A stretch of DNA of 64,000 nt from Halobacteriovoraceae bacterium (GTDB taxonomy: Bacteria > Bdellovibrionota > Bacteriovoracia > Bacteriovoracales > Bacteriovoracaceae). A program made the translations under genes and the position numbers. Below are positions 9,268 to 19,687 of this stretch, in pieces. The stretch is taken from assembly GCA_963719505.1 (NCBI GenBank), contig CAVRCF010000001.1, positions 96,001 through 160,000 on the forward strand, written 5' to 3'. Numbering within the stretch: position 1 is the first letter of the stretch; each line of letters begins with the position of its first letter. Below the pieces are notes generated by a model. The model ran no database searches. It was not told the origin of the DNA and saw nothing but the letters and a program-made list of their open reading frames with translations.

Positions 9268-10212
9268 ATGTTAAAAAAAGTTGCCATTATCGCTGCACTG
9301 CTTTCACTTTCCCTATCTGCAAATGAGTTGAAATTCGGAAAAATCTACTTTAATAGAGACACCATAGAGATGAGCGGAATTGTTAAAAAAGGAAATGATC
9401 TCCTTTTTATTGGTGATAAGCTTTCAAACAGGTCGATCTATAAAATCATTCTTGAAAAAGAGAGGTTCTATTATAAAGATTATATTAACCTCACAAATCT
9501 CTCAGGCCATAAAACTTATTTCACCAAAGCCCTTATCTTTAAACATGGTGGACGCGTGGTGAAATCTCCCTTTGACCTAGAAGGACTCGCATACTGCGAT
9601 GACACTTTTTACTTAGTAAACGAACAAGTTCGCCATCTTTTAAAGGTTTCAAAAAATAAAATCATTCAATATCAAATTGATTTTGAATCGGAGTTTAAAA
9701 AACAAAAATATCCTCTTGAAAAGATCTCTACCAATGCGGGTTTCGAGGGAGTCGCTGTTGATTGTAAAAACAATATTGCCTATATCGCTCAAGAGAGAAG
9801 CCCTAGAGGGATTTTCAAAGTTGATCTAAAAACACAAAAGATCCTTGAGTCTTTCCTTTTTAATAATGAAGAAGGTCCCCATGGATCCAATGACTACGCT
9901 GATTTGTATTTTGAAAATGGATTCCTCTATATGCTAGAGAGAAATAATCACATCATCTCCAAGTATAGCTTAAAGGAGAAAAAGATAGTCGCGACGGTGA
10001 GTTTTGGAAAGCTTGCAACGATGCATATGCGTGAACTTTACGACACCGGAGAGCCCTACGGCTTGGCAGAGGGCATGACCATGAGTAAGGATCAGATTTA
10101 TATTGGCGTCGACAATAATGGAAAGCCTATCTCTAAGAAGGGATCTGAACATTATAAAGTCAAAGGCAGCTTTTCTAGCCTTATTATTTACCAGCGCCCA
10201 AAAGACTTTTAA
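9268..10212 (+). CDS. Secreted SdiA-regulated/esterase-like phytase family beta-propeller
   Basis: Signal peptide, EMSGI, DLEGLA, NAGFEGVA, AEGMT, GVDN motifs. Confidence 0.7.
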   Translation: MLKKVAIIAALLSLSLSANELKFGKIYFNRDTIEMSGIVKKGNDLLFIGDKLSNRSIYKIILEKERFYYKDYINLTNLSGHKTYFTKALIFKHGGRVVKSPFDLEGLAYCDDTFYLVNEQVRHLLKVSKNKIIQYQIDFESEFKKQKYPLEKISTNAGFEGVAVDCKNNIAYIAQERSPRGIFKVDLKTQKILESFLFNNEEGPHGSNDYADLYFENGFLYMLERNNHIISKYSLKEKKIVATVSFGKLATMHMRELYDTGEPYGLAEGMTMSKDQIYIGVDNNGKPISKKGSEHYKVKGSFSSLIIYQRPKDF

Positions 10213-11392
10213 TTCCGTTTTCAAGTCCATCAACAGTAAGTTCAAACATTGGAATAATTTTAGCGATCGCCCCAATCGTGGGCTCTTGCCAAAGCCCCTT
10301 CCCCTCTGGGTTAAGCCAGATAGTATCTGGATAGTGGCGCATAACAGAGCGCACTTGATCCAAGCCCGTTTGGTTTGACTTCCTTGAGTCTTTTCTAAAT
10401 GAGTAATAGAAGTCTTTCATCTGAGAAGTCATCTGAAATAATTCATAGGGCGCCATATAAGCGTCTCCAACAATAATAACCTTCGTATCTCGCCCATGCT
10501 TTTTAAATATCTTACTCAACGGTATTTCGTGTTCCTCATTAAAAAGAGGAGCGGTATAGAGATCATCGTAAAAGATATTATGAAAATAGTAATGATGAAG
10601 TTCTTTAAAGTGATTTGTTTGATTCGCCGCTGAGAATAGATCACTCACTCTGCGGCTAAAACTTGTCATACTGCCACCGACATCCATTAAGAGCACAAGT
10701 TTTAAATTATTTTTTCGCGATCGCGATTTTATAATCTCAATCTCACCGGCATTGGCAACCGTCTTATCAATGGTCTTTTTAATGTCTAATTTAGGTGCAC
10801 CGGATTTTTTGAGGAGTCTAAGTTTCTTTAAAGCGACTTTAATCTGTCTTACATTAATAACGGAATCCGTTCTGTATTCTTTAAACTTTCTCTCTCCAGC
10901 AACGGCTAAAGCGGAGCGATTCTTTCCCTCGCCACCCACTCTAATTCCTGCTGGATTAAAGCCGGAGTGTCCAAAAGCCGAGGTTCCCCCCGTCCCAATC
11001 CACTTATTCCCCCCGTCATGACGCTCTTTTTGTTCATCAATTCTTTTTTGTAATTCTTTTATCAACTCTTCACTGGGAAGATTCATCGCCTGCTTTTTTC
11101 GTTCCTCTGAAAGCTTTTGCTTTTTCGCCTCTTCAAGCCACTTGCTAAGAAGATCTTTAAAGTCACTTTCTCCTAAGACATCAGAAAAAGTCTGACTAAA
11201 AGCCTGATCATAGGCATCGTAATACTTTATATCTTTTACAAAGATATTTTTTGCAATCTGATAAAACCTTTTTGAATCTATCTGCTCTCCAGAGCTGGTA
11301 TATTTATTGATAACATCAATAAAGTCTAGAAGTTCACGGGTTGAAACCGGAATATTGTGAGCCCGTAGCCCATAGAAGAAATCCAGAAACAT
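10184..11392 (-). CDS. VWA-domain protein (CoxE-like)
   Basis: MIDAS LLMDVGGSM, HDGGNKWIGTGGTSAFG, IVGDAYMAPYE, WLNP. Confidence 0.88.
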   Translation of the reverse strand: MFLDFFYGLRAHNIPVSTRELLDFIDVINKYTSSGEQIDSKRFYQIAKNIFVKDIKYYDAYDQAFSQTFSDVLGESDFKDLLSKWLEEAKKQKLSEERKKQAMNLPSEELIKELQKRIDEQKERHDGGNKWIGTGGTSAFGHSGFNPAGIRVGGEGKNRSALAVAGERKFKEYRTDSVINVRQIKVALKKLRLLKKSGAPKLDIKKTIDKTVANAGEIEIIKSRSRKNNLKLVLLMDVGGSMTSFSRRVSDLFSAANQTNHFKELHHYYFHNIFYDDLYTAPLFNEEHEIPLSKIFKKHGRDTKVIIVGDAYMAPYELFQMTSQMKDFYYSFRKDSRKSNQTGLDQVRSVMRHYPDTIWLNPEGKGLWQEPTIGAIAKIIPMFELTVDGLENGIKSLLGAGK

Positions 11393-12192
11393 TATTTCAA
11401 TTTCTCTAAGTCATCTTCATTTTTCAAAAGCGATCCCAAAAAAGGAATAGACTTGATCTTTTTGAGGTCCACCCCTTGATGAAGTAAAATATTAATCCAA
11501 TCAATCAGCTCTGAAGTTGAGGGCTTCTTTCGAAGTTCGTTGGCCCCTCTTAGCTGATAAAAGACAGACAAAGCGTTACCCAGCAACTCATTTTCAATTT
11601 CTGGATAATGAGCATGGACGATATCTTTCATCATCACTTCATTTGGAAAATCAATATAGTGAAAGATACATCTTCTTAAAAAAGCGTCTGGGAGTTCTTT
11701 TTCGCTATTAGAGGTAATAAAAACGACAGGCCTTACTTTCGCTTTTATGGTTTGACCTGTTTCATTGATATTAAATTCCATCTTATCTAATTCTAAAAGA
11801 AGATCGTTTGGAAATTCAATATCCGCTTTATCGATCTCATCGATCAAAAGAACTGACTGGACGTCACTGTTAAAAGACTGCCCCATCGCTTCAAAACGAA
11901 TATAGTCATTGATATTATTAACATCTCGTTTATTAGAATCTTGAAACCTTGAATCATTTAGCCTGGTAATGGCATCATAAAAATAAAGGCCATCACTTGC
12001 TACTGTTGTGGACTTAATATGCCAGCGGTAAAGAGGGTAGTTTTTCTTTTTTGCATAATATTCTGCTAAAAGAGTCTTGCCAGTTCCAGGCTCCCCTTTG
12101 ATCAGGAGTGGTCTTTTGGTAAGTTCAGCAATTTTAATGGCCTCTTCTAATTCGTTTGAAAGAACGTAGTTGTTGGTTTGATCATTATTCAT
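11392..12192 (-). CDS. MoxR-family AAA+ ATPase (CoxD-like)
   Basis: GEPGTGKT, LLIDEIDKAD, LPDAFLRRC, KKPSTSELIDW. Translationally coupled to the VWA gene. Confidence 0.92.
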   Translation of the reverse strand: MNNDQTNNYVLSNELEEAIKIAELTKRPLLIKGEPGTGKTLLAEYYAKKKNYPLYRWHIKSTTVASDGLYFYDAITRLNDSRFQDSNKRDVNNINDYIRFEAMGQSFNSDVQSVLLIDEIDKADIEFPNDLLLELDKMEFNINETGQTIKAKVRPVVFITSNSEKELPDAFLRRCIFHYIDFPNEVMMKDIVHAHYPEIENELLGNALSVFYQLRGANELRKKPSTSELIDWINILLHQGVDLKKIKSIPFLGSLLKNEDDLEKLK

Positions 12193-12206
12193 TTTATCTC
12201 CAAGGT

Positions 12207-12512
12207 TTACCCAGAGATATTAAAAGCCTGCAGGTCTTTATTGGCCAGTTTTTTTGCTTCTTGTCTGATTTTACTTAAACTTGAGTCTTTATCTTCTCCG
12301 GTGATACGAACCGGCTTTGTGACATATTTATTTTTCCACGTATTGTAGACTCGTACTCTCACAAAGGGAATATCCCCAGAAGAGAACCCAAACTCCTCAA
12401 ACGCGACATACTGTCCCTTAGGAGAATGCCCAATAGGACTCACCTTGATCACAGAGCGTCCATGAGCCGAGCTTAAGTTCATCATAAAATACAGTGATAA
12501 CAATATCTTCAT
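12207..12512 (-). CDS. DUF2259-like secreted protein
   Basis: IGHSPKGQYVAFEEFG motif after a signal peptide. Confidence 0.6.
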   Translation of the reverse strand: MKILLSLYFMMNLSSAHGRSVIKVSPIGHSPKGQYVAFEEFGFSSGDIPFVRVRVYNTWKNKYVTKPVRITGEDKDSSLSKIRQEAKKLANKDLQAFNISG

Positions 12513-12535
12513 TTAGATCTCCTACCCTATATAGA

Positions 12536-12550
12536 GCAATCTTGATGCCA
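12536..12550 (-). promoter_or_regulatory. Sigma54 (-24/-12) promoter
   Basis: Minus strand TGGCATCAAGATTGC (GG-N10-GC), just upstream of the GGAG RBS of the 12512 gene. Confidence 0.7.
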
Positions 12551-12684
12551 CCGTGTTCCATACAAATACTTGAAATTATTGATCAATTAATCAGCTAAAT
12601 TGTAGAAATCTGCTGAAATGACTATTTTTTTTTCACTCTATCCTTTAAGATAGAGGCATTAAGAATCCCAAAAAAGGCTAAATT

Positions 12685-13194
12685 ATGTCCCCAGAAGATT
12701 ATGAAAAGTTAATTATCAAAGTTCCAGACTTTCCAAAACCGGGAGTTATCTTTAAGGACATCTCACCTTTGCTCCAACAGAAACTGCCTGAGCTCATTGA
12801 AGATATGGGTAAAGGAATCGATTGGGAAAATGTAGATCTTGTCTTAGGAATTGAGTCGCGAGGCTTTATTTTAGGTGCAGCTTTGGCCATCAAACATAAT
12901 AAGGGATTTCTACCTATCAGAAAAAAAGGAAAACTTCCGCCTCCTGTTATGAGTATGGATTACGATCTTGAATACGGATCAGATACACTTGAGATGGCGA
13001 TTAACGAAAAACCTGCAAACGTAGTCATTATCGATGATGTTATTGCAACTGGTGGGACTCTTCGTGCAGCAATAGAGCTTTGTCGTAAAAATCATTACAA
13101 TATTGAGTCCGTTGGAGCTCTTATTAACTTAAAGTTTTTAAATGATCTTGATAAAGATTCTGTAAAAATTAATGCCGTTTTAAACTACGACTAG
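12685..13194 (+). CDS. apt: Adenine phosphoribosyltransferase
   Basis: PDFPKPGVIFKDISPLL, GIESRGF, RKKGKLP, LEYG, IIDDVIATGGT. Confidence 0.97.
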   Translation: MSPEDYEKLIIKVPDFPKPGVIFKDISPLLQQKLPELIEDMGKGIDWENVDLVLGIESRGFILGAALAIKHNKGFLPIRKKGKLPPPVMSMDYDLEYGSDTLEMAINEKPANVVIIDDVIATGGTLRAAIELCRKNHYNIESVGALINLKFLNDLDKDSVKINAVLNYD

Positions 13195-14258
13195 AGCCAA
13201 GCTCCCAAAAATGGATAAAGCTCATGCATTGTTCTGAAATACTCAGGCCTATGATAAGAGGGACCATTCATAGAATCAAAAAGGTTTTGCCAAAGGGTAT
13301 CAGAGCCTGAATTGGCAAGGCCCATTTTTTGAGCGAACTCAGTATCTCCAAGTTTTTTATAAAGCTCTACCCCTTTAAAGCCTTTAAACCTTTTGGGATT
13401 TTTATTCATCTCTTTCATAAGAATGTGAAATTGAATTCTATGAGTAAAATATCCGTGACCGTTTCGACTAGAGAGATCAACAGCATTTTCGACATTTTTA
13501 AAGGCTGTATCGTTAAAGATCTTTCCCTCTTTTAGCATGTCTTGCCACTCCGTTAAACTATAACTTTTATTTTCTAAATTTAGCGCCTCATACTTATTTG
13601 GATTGACACTCACAAAGCCATGGGCCTCTTCAAGCTCATCCATAACCTCTATCATATTTTTTTGTTTAATTTCTGCTTGTTGTCTTTCACTTAAAGTATA
13701 AAACTTTTTATCTTGCTTTAGACTTCTTGCAAGCACTTCATCTTCAAATTCTTGCATCCTTTTAAAGACGGTATCTTGCTCTTTAAAGACGGCATTTATC
13801 TCTTCGATCGCTAACCTATAGTTTTTCTCTGCGCTCGTTGGTGTCACTCCACTTTTGAACTTTGGCACTTTAAAGTCGTAAACGAAGCTATTTGGCTCAA
13901 AAGATTTAAAGCGATCGTAACTTTGTCTGGCAAAGCCAGGATTATAGGCTTCAATAAAAATTTTGTTAAATTTTGGGGTTCCGCCTCTGAAAAATATTTC
14001 TGTCTCATCGCTAAGATTTTGCTGAAGAGTTTTCAATTGTTCTGCGTCTAGGCCTTTGGATAACTCAACCATTCGCACTTTATCATCAACTGAGAGTGCA
14101 TTTATTGCATCAACAGCAGAGCTTGAGAACTTCTTTGAGTAGCTTTCTGATATAGTGCTTAAATATTTCTCAGGGGTAATAAAAAATCTATCGCACGGGT
14201 CAGCAAGTGCAGCCTTAGCAAACAGAATAACAAAGAGAATAACGCTTAAATACTTCAT
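13191..14258 (-). CDS. Secreted hypothetical protein with HGxxxHRxQ motif
   Basis: Signal peptide starts at ATG 14258 (MKYLSVILF...AALA). Contains GHGYFTHRIQFH. Confidence 0.7.
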   Translation of the reverse strand: MKYLSVILFVILFAKAALADPCDRFFITPEKYLSTISESYSKKFSSSAVDAINALSVDDKVRMVELSKGLDAEQLKTLQQNLSDETEIFFRGGTPKFNKIFIEAYNPGFARQSYDRFKSFEPNSFVYDFKVPKFKSGVTPTSAEKNYRLAIEEINAVFKEQDTVFKRMQEFEDEVLARSLKQDKKFYTLSERQQAEIKQKNMIEVMDELEEAHGFVSVNPNKYEALNLENKSYSLTEWQDMLKEGKIFNDTAFKNVENAVDLSSRNGHGYFTHRIQFHILMKEMNKNPKRFKGFKGVELYKKLGDTEFAQKMGLANSGSDTLWQNLFDSMNGPSYHRPEYFRTMHELYPFLGAWL

Positions 14259-14265
14259 AAAAAAC

Positions 14266-14293
14266 ATTTCGGTCAGGTAAGGGAAATACTTTA
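14266..14293 (-). promoter_or_regulatory. Sigma28-like promoter
   Basis: Minus strand TAAA-N16-ACCGAAAT, ending 7 nt before the ATG. Confidence 0.45.
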
Positions 14294-14355
14294 ACTCTTT
14301 GCAAGAGAATTTTGCCTGCGTGGAGTAAAGTACTAAAATGACTTAAAATTATCAA

Positions 14356-15633
14356 ATGAAGTACTTAATACTCCTTTTACTCTCGGCCAATTTAGCCGCA
14401 CTCGAGATCAACGACCGTCTGGCCGATATCAGTGTTATTAAACATTACAAAGGCAATGTGGTGGTTCTCAACAGAGGTTTAGAGGACGCCATCAACAAGT
14501 ACGATCATATCAAACTTACCAATACCAATGGCTATATTGCCCGTGCAATCTGTGTTAAAGCCTCAATGATGCTCTCCTATTGGAAAGTATACCGCGTGGT
14601 AAATCCAGAGCTTCTCTCCTACGATTCAAGCTACACTCTAAGGTCTATGCTTCAAAGTGAGCTTCCTCCACATATGAAAAGATATGTAGAAAAACTGGCA
14701 TCCCAAAACAATGATAGTGAGTACTTTGAAGATAAAATCAAAGATGAGGACTTAAAAAAGCAAGTTAAGCTCCAGCAAGAGAGAATAGTCAATTTTGACC
14801 TTATAAATGACATGAAAAATGAGCCTTACAAAAAAGACGTTCCAACAGAGTCTCAACAATTTCTCAATAAGAACTTCGACTCTAAAATGTTGGCAGAGGA
14901 CCTTAGTACCACGAAAATTAGACTCTTCGCCTCCCCCATAAGATTTCAATCTGAGGATCAAGAGAGGTCATCAAACTACGGAGCCGTTATATCCAATAAT
15001 GGTATCAAGTACGAATTTGATACTTTTTATCAAAAGACAGATGAGAAAACAGTTAATAATTTTTCAAAAGAGACTGTGGAATCCAGCGAGACCCTTTCTC
15101 GAACAAACTTTACCATCAATAATATTTCAGAAAACTTTTCTTATTTCTTTCACGTCTTCTATAACGCAAGAACTGAAGGTAATGTCGACTATCCAGAGAG
15201 CATGGTGCAAGTTGGGTTTCTAGGCTTTATGTACCACGGAGAAGACGATCCAAAGAAAAGGCAGTTTGATATAGGCTACGTTCCTCTTTTGGATTACTTA
15301 GAGACGGATGTCAAATTTCCTGAAGAAAAGACCTTAAGTGAAAATAATCTTCGTCACGGCTTTAGAATTAGGGCCAATATTCCTATGACGGAAAAGCTAA
15401 AGCTAAACACTCTTCTTTGGTATAAGCCCTTGATGGATCTTGGAAATTTTGAAATGGACTGGGAAGACAATAGAACCTATTGGAGAACTTCTTTAAGATA
15501 CTCGATTTCAGATGATTTTTTTGTCTCTTACGACTATGAATACATTAATGATATACGAAGGAAAAGAGAGTTTGGAAGAGATGAAGTCAACACGATCAAT
15601 ACGCTGAATCTCAATTATACTATATCTCTTTAA
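14356..15633 (+). CDS. Outer-membrane protein with C-terminal beta-barrel (hypothetical)
   Basis: Signal peptide. The C-terminal half has alternating aromatic beta strands ending LNLNYTISL. Confidence 0.6.
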   Translation: MKYLILLLLSANLAALEINDRLADISVIKHYKGNVVVLNRGLEDAINKYDHIKLTNTNGYIARAICVKASMMLSYWKVYRVVNPELLSYDSSYTLRSMLQSELPPHMKRYVEKLASQNNDSEYFEDKIKDEDLKKQVKLQQERIVNFDLINDMKNEPYKKDVPTESQQFLNKNFDSKMLAEDLSTTKIRLFASPIRFQSEDQERSSNYGAVISNNGIKYEFDTFYQKTDEKTVNNFSKETVESSETLSRTNFTINNISENFSYFFHVFYNARTEGNVDYPESMVQVGFLGFMYHGEDDPKKRQFDIGYVPLLDYLETDVKFPEEKTLSENNLRHGFRIRANIPMTEKLKLNTLLWYKPLMDLGNFEMDWEDNRTYWRTSLRYSISDDFFVSYDYEYINDIRRKREFGRDEVNTINTLNLNYTISL

Positions 15634-16357
15634 GACTAACTAAAGCCAAATATTCAATATTACCGCTCTTATTGCCCTTTATCGGGGACTCAATCATTTT
15701 TAAAATTGTATAACCAGATTCTTCAAACCAGGTCCTTACTTCTTCAATGATTATAGGAAGATCATTTTGAGAGACAAGTCCTTGCTTTCCCAGTCTTTCG
15801 CGACCAGCTTCAAACTGGGGCTTAATCAGCACAACACTTTTTCCACCCTTTTTTAAAAGAGCATGAATATTTTTGTACACAAGTTTTAGGGAAATAAAGG
15901 AGAGATCAACAACACAGAGATCTACTTTTTCTTCAAGTTCCAAAGGAAATTTTATATTTGTTCCTTCAAGATTGATCACTCTTTCATCGTCTTTTAATAA
16001 TGGTGATAGTTGGTCATGTCCCACATCGATGGCATAAACTTTCTGAGCATCGGCATTCAAGGCCACTTGAGTGAAGCCACCAGTGCTCGCCCCGACATCG
16101 GCCACAACGAGACCTTGCAAATTTAATCCAAATTCTCTAATGGCTTTTTCTAACTTATAAGCTCCACGCGAGACAAAAATATTCATCTCTTTGATTTCAA
16201 ACTTATCTTCTGGGCTTACTTTAAGACCTGCTTTTGTGACTAGTATTTCATTATGATAGACACAATCTTGGGCGATGAGCATTTTGGCTTGAGACCTGGT
16301 TTTAAGGAGACCAAGGTCAACTAGTACTTTATCTATTCTATCCATGAAGCTCAGCAA
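15620..16357 (-). CDS. tlyA: TlyA family rRNA 2'-O-methyltransferase
   Basis: S4 domain RIDKVLV, VSRGAYKL, DVGASTGGFT, DLSFISL, LIKPQFEAG, GNIEY. Confidence 0.95.
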   Translation of the reverse strand: MLSFMDRIDKVLVDLGLLKTRSQAKMLIAQDCVYHNEILVTKAGLKVSPEDKFEIKEMNIFVSRGAYKLEKAIREFGLNLQGLVVADVGASTGGFTQVALNADAQKVYAIDVGHDQLSPLLKDDERVINLEGTNIKFPLELEEKVDLCVVDLSFISLKLVYKNIHALLKKGGKSVVLIKPQFEAGRERLGKQGLVSQNDLPIIIEEVRTWFEESGYTILKMIESPIKGNKSGNIEYLALVSLKEI

Positions 16358-17144
16358 TTCCTTCGTAAATAGGCGTCACGGCTCCTTGAAAATAAAGCTC
16401 TTTGAAATCTTTATCCACGATCGCCTTTAAAGTTCCACCACGGGCTTCAATAGTAATTTCACCAACCCAATTGAATATTTTTGCCGCTGCAATAGCTGTG
16501 GCCATAATTCCAGTTCCACAGCAAAGAGTTTCATCCTCGACACCTCTTTCAAAAACTCGAAGCTTCAAGTGTTTTTTATCAGCATCTAAAACTTGAAAAA
16601 AATCGACATTGGTTCCGCTCTTTCCAAAGCGCTCGTCAAACCGGATAGCACTTCCAAGACTTTTGATATTAATTTGCTCAACATCCGTAACCTGTAAAAC
16701 GGCATGAGGCACACCGGTATTTAAATAGAGACTGGCTTTGGTTGAAAGATCAGAGATATCAATTGAGCCCACGTCAAAAAGTTCTGTCATTTTAATTCGA
16801 ACTTCATCTCCAACGACCTCTCCTTCATAAACACCATTCATCGTATCAAAGATATATTTTGGGCCATCTTTAAGCTTTAAACTTTTAGAAGCGTAGTGAA
16901 CAATTGATCGAGAGGCGTTTCCGCACATTTCAGCTTCCGAGCCATCGGCATTCCAAATACGAAAAGAGAAATCATGACCTTTTGATGATGGGTTTAAAAA
17001 AACGACGCCGTCAGCTCCAATGCCTTCCCTTCTTTTACATAGGTTGATGATATGTTCTTTACTCAGGTCGAATGACTCATTGCGATTATCAATAATAACA
17101 AAATCATTCCCAGACCCAGAGTACTTAATAAAAGGGATCTTCAT
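16338..17144 (-). CDS. dapF: Diaminopimelate epimerase
   Basis: GSGNDF, GIGADG, EMCGNA, GVPH, ERGVEDETLCCGTG. Confidence 0.97.
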   Translation of the reverse strand: MKIPFIKYSGSGNDFVIIDNRNESFDLSKEHIINLCKRREGIGADGVVFLNPSSKGHDFSFRIWNADGSEAEMCGNASRSIVHYASKSLKLKDGPKYIFDTMNGVYEGEVVGDEVRIKMTELFDVGSIDISDLSTKASLYLNTGVPHAVLQVTDVEQINIKSLGSAIRFDERFGKSGTNVDFFQVLDADKKHLKLRVFERGVEDETLCCGTGIMATAIAAAKIFNWVGEITIEARGGTLKAIVDKDFKELYFQGAVTPIYEGIAELHG

Positions 17145-17185
17145 ATTGACTCCATGCTAAAATTCAATCTATTAATATCATGGAA

Positions 17186-17211
17186 TTAATGATTCCCAAA
17201 TCACTAATTTT
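17186..17211 (+). repeat. Direct repeat A, left copy
   Basis: TTAATGATTCCCAAATCACTAATTTT, 25/26 identical to 25895-25920. Confidence 0.85.
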
Positions 17212-17227
17212 ACTGCATTCTAACAGA

Positions 17228-17248
17228 CTTAACCTTGCGCACAATTCA
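17228..17248 (+). repeat. Direct repeat B, left copy
   Basis: CTTAACCTTGCGCACAATTCA, 18/21 identical to 25844-25864. Confidence 0.65.
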
Positions 17249-17345
17249 CTTAAAGTCGTTAATTACTCCCGCTGTTATAACCTCTATCTGTTATTGAAAC
17301 AGATCCTATGCTAGATTTTAATGACGTTGGATATTTCCCAAAAGG

Positions 17346-18270
17346 ATGACTTATTAAAATTGCCGTTTTGATACCTTGCTTAGAAGAAGAAGTTACCATA
17401 ACGAAAGTGGTAACTGACTTTAGATTGGCTTTGCCCAGTGCAGATATCTACGTCTATGATAATAACTCAACTGATTCAACATTCAAAAAAGCCAAAGACG
17501 CAGGCGCGCTGGTCAAAAAGGAAATGCAAAAAGGAAAAGGTAATGTTATCCGCTCCATGTTCAGAGAAATTGAAGCCGATATTTATATTTTAGTTGATGG
17601 TGACGAAACCTATCCTGCAAATATGGCCCAGGACTTAATTCAGCCCTTGCTAGATCAAACTGCAGACATGGTCGTTGGCGACAGAATCTCTCGAGGAGAC
17701 TATGACCTGGCCAACGATAGAAACTTACACAGCTTTGGGAATAAATTCATATCCTCTTTAATTAATCTCTTTTTTAGAACTGACTTAAAAGATATCATGA
17801 GTGGTTTTAGAGCGTTCAATAAAAAGTTTGTTAAGACGATACCGATTCACAGTCATGGTTTTGAGGTTGAAACAGAGATGACCCTTCACTGCCTGGATAA
17901 AAATATTAAAATCAAAGAAGTCCCCATAGAGTATAAATCAAGACCTAAAGGCAGCTACTCTAAACTCAATACATTCTCTGATGGCTTTAAAATCCTAAAA
18001 ACTATTTTTTGGCTGATAAAAGACTTTAAACCAATCGTTTTCTTTTCATTCATTTCTCTAGGTTTTCTTATTGCGACACTCATCATAGGTATCCCCGTTA
18101 TTAATGAGTTTTTAAATCTTGGATATATTAACATACTACCGTCTGCGATTTTGGCAACGGGATTAGCAATGATCAGCGTGATAACATTACTAGTTGGAAT
18201 TATCCTTGATTCGATATCAAGTAACCAAAGAGATCAATTCCAACATTACTACACAAACTATAAAGGCTAA
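17346..18270 (+). CDS. GT2 glycosyltransferase (DPM1/GtrB-like, C-terminal TM helices), possible N-terminal frameshift
   Basis: VYDNNSTD, GKGNV, VDGD, DIMSGFRAF, GFEVETE. The RBS-preceded ATG at 17346 is one base out of frame with KIAVLIPC. Confidence 0.85.
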
Positions 18271-18279
18271 AAGCATAAG

Positions 18280-19687
18280 ATGAATAATCCTGTAACAAAA
18301 TTAATTATCATCTCACCTCCTGCTAAAAAGATAGTTGAACCTCATTACGATCGACCAGAGTTTCCAAGACCAGCTCTCGCCTATTTAAAAACGTATCTAA
18401 ACCAAAAGACTAACGATATCACCATAGACGCACTTGACTGCAAATTTGAAAGACTCAGTATCGACAAAACGATTCCCCTTATTTTGAGTTCCGACTATGA
18501 TTTAGTTTGCATTACGGCTTTCACTTCAGAGATAAATTCGGCCATGGAACTGGCAAAGACATTAAAGGACAATCACTTTCAAGGAAAGATAATGATCGGA
18601 GGTGTGCACGCAACAGCACTGCCGCTTGAGACGATGCAAGAGTCCTCATCTTTTGACTACTTAATTGCAGGCGAAGGTGAGAAACCATTACTTGATTTCC
18701 TCAATTGTATTAACCAGAATAAGGAACTCGACTTGGTGCCAGGCCTTATTTATCGCAGAAGACGACCAGATAATAAAGTCACTAAACTTTGCCTCTCGTC
18801 ACAGTGTCTTTAGTGAAATTTACAAACCAGACTGGAGTTGGTTCAAAAGAAAACCAACGGAGCTTAGAGTTATGGCACAGAAGGGCTGTCCCTACACTTG
18901 TGATTTCTGTGCCAATCCAAACGGAAGAAAAACGGTCAAAAGAGATGTCGATGGAATTGTGTCAGAGATCTCTGAGTTCTATCAAAGTCATGGCGTAACC
19001 AAAATTAGTTTTGATGATGAAATATTTGGCCTCGATAATCAATATAGCATTGAGCTTATTAATAAAATCGATCAATTAAATATACCTTCGCTTCATATTA
19101 GTATTATGGCCCATGCCAGATGCATGAATCAAAAGCTCGCCGATGCCTTTGGAAATTTTAAAGGGACATTTCAAATAGGACTTGGCATGGAAACTGGAGA
19201 TGAAACCAGATTAAAAGAAATTGGAAAGTCCCTAAGTAAAGAGATTGTAAACCTCGCCGTGAATAGACTTAAAAAGTACAAAAATATTTCAATAGAAGGT
19301 TTATTCATTATAGGCCATCCAAGAGAGAACTTTAGAAGTGCTCTTTCCAGTATTTTCTTCGCCGCGAGCTTAAATATAGATCTAGCCGTTTTCGGGATCA
19401 TGGTCCCTTATCCAGGAACTCAAATCTGGAAAGATATGAAAGAAAATAAAAATGATTACAGAATGATTCTTTCAAACTGGGATGAGTTCAATAAACAAAT
19501 TAGCTCTGGCTTTGAGTTAAAAAACTTCAAACGATGGCAACTAGAATTCCTACAATTCTTTGGTTACAACTACTTTTTCTTAAAACGACTAAAACTCTTT
19601 AGTTGGGCAAAATTCATCTACGTTAGAAAGCATGAAATATTTTTTGCCTTTCGAAATTTTATAGGCAATGTAATTTTACGCAGATGA
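18280..19687 (+). pseudogene. B12-binding radical SAM protein split by a frameshift near 18757
   Basis: First ORF has the cobalamin-binding domain (GGVHAT, GEGE, VPGLIYR). Second ORF has GCPYTCDFC, GMETG, PYPGT. Confidence 0.85.
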
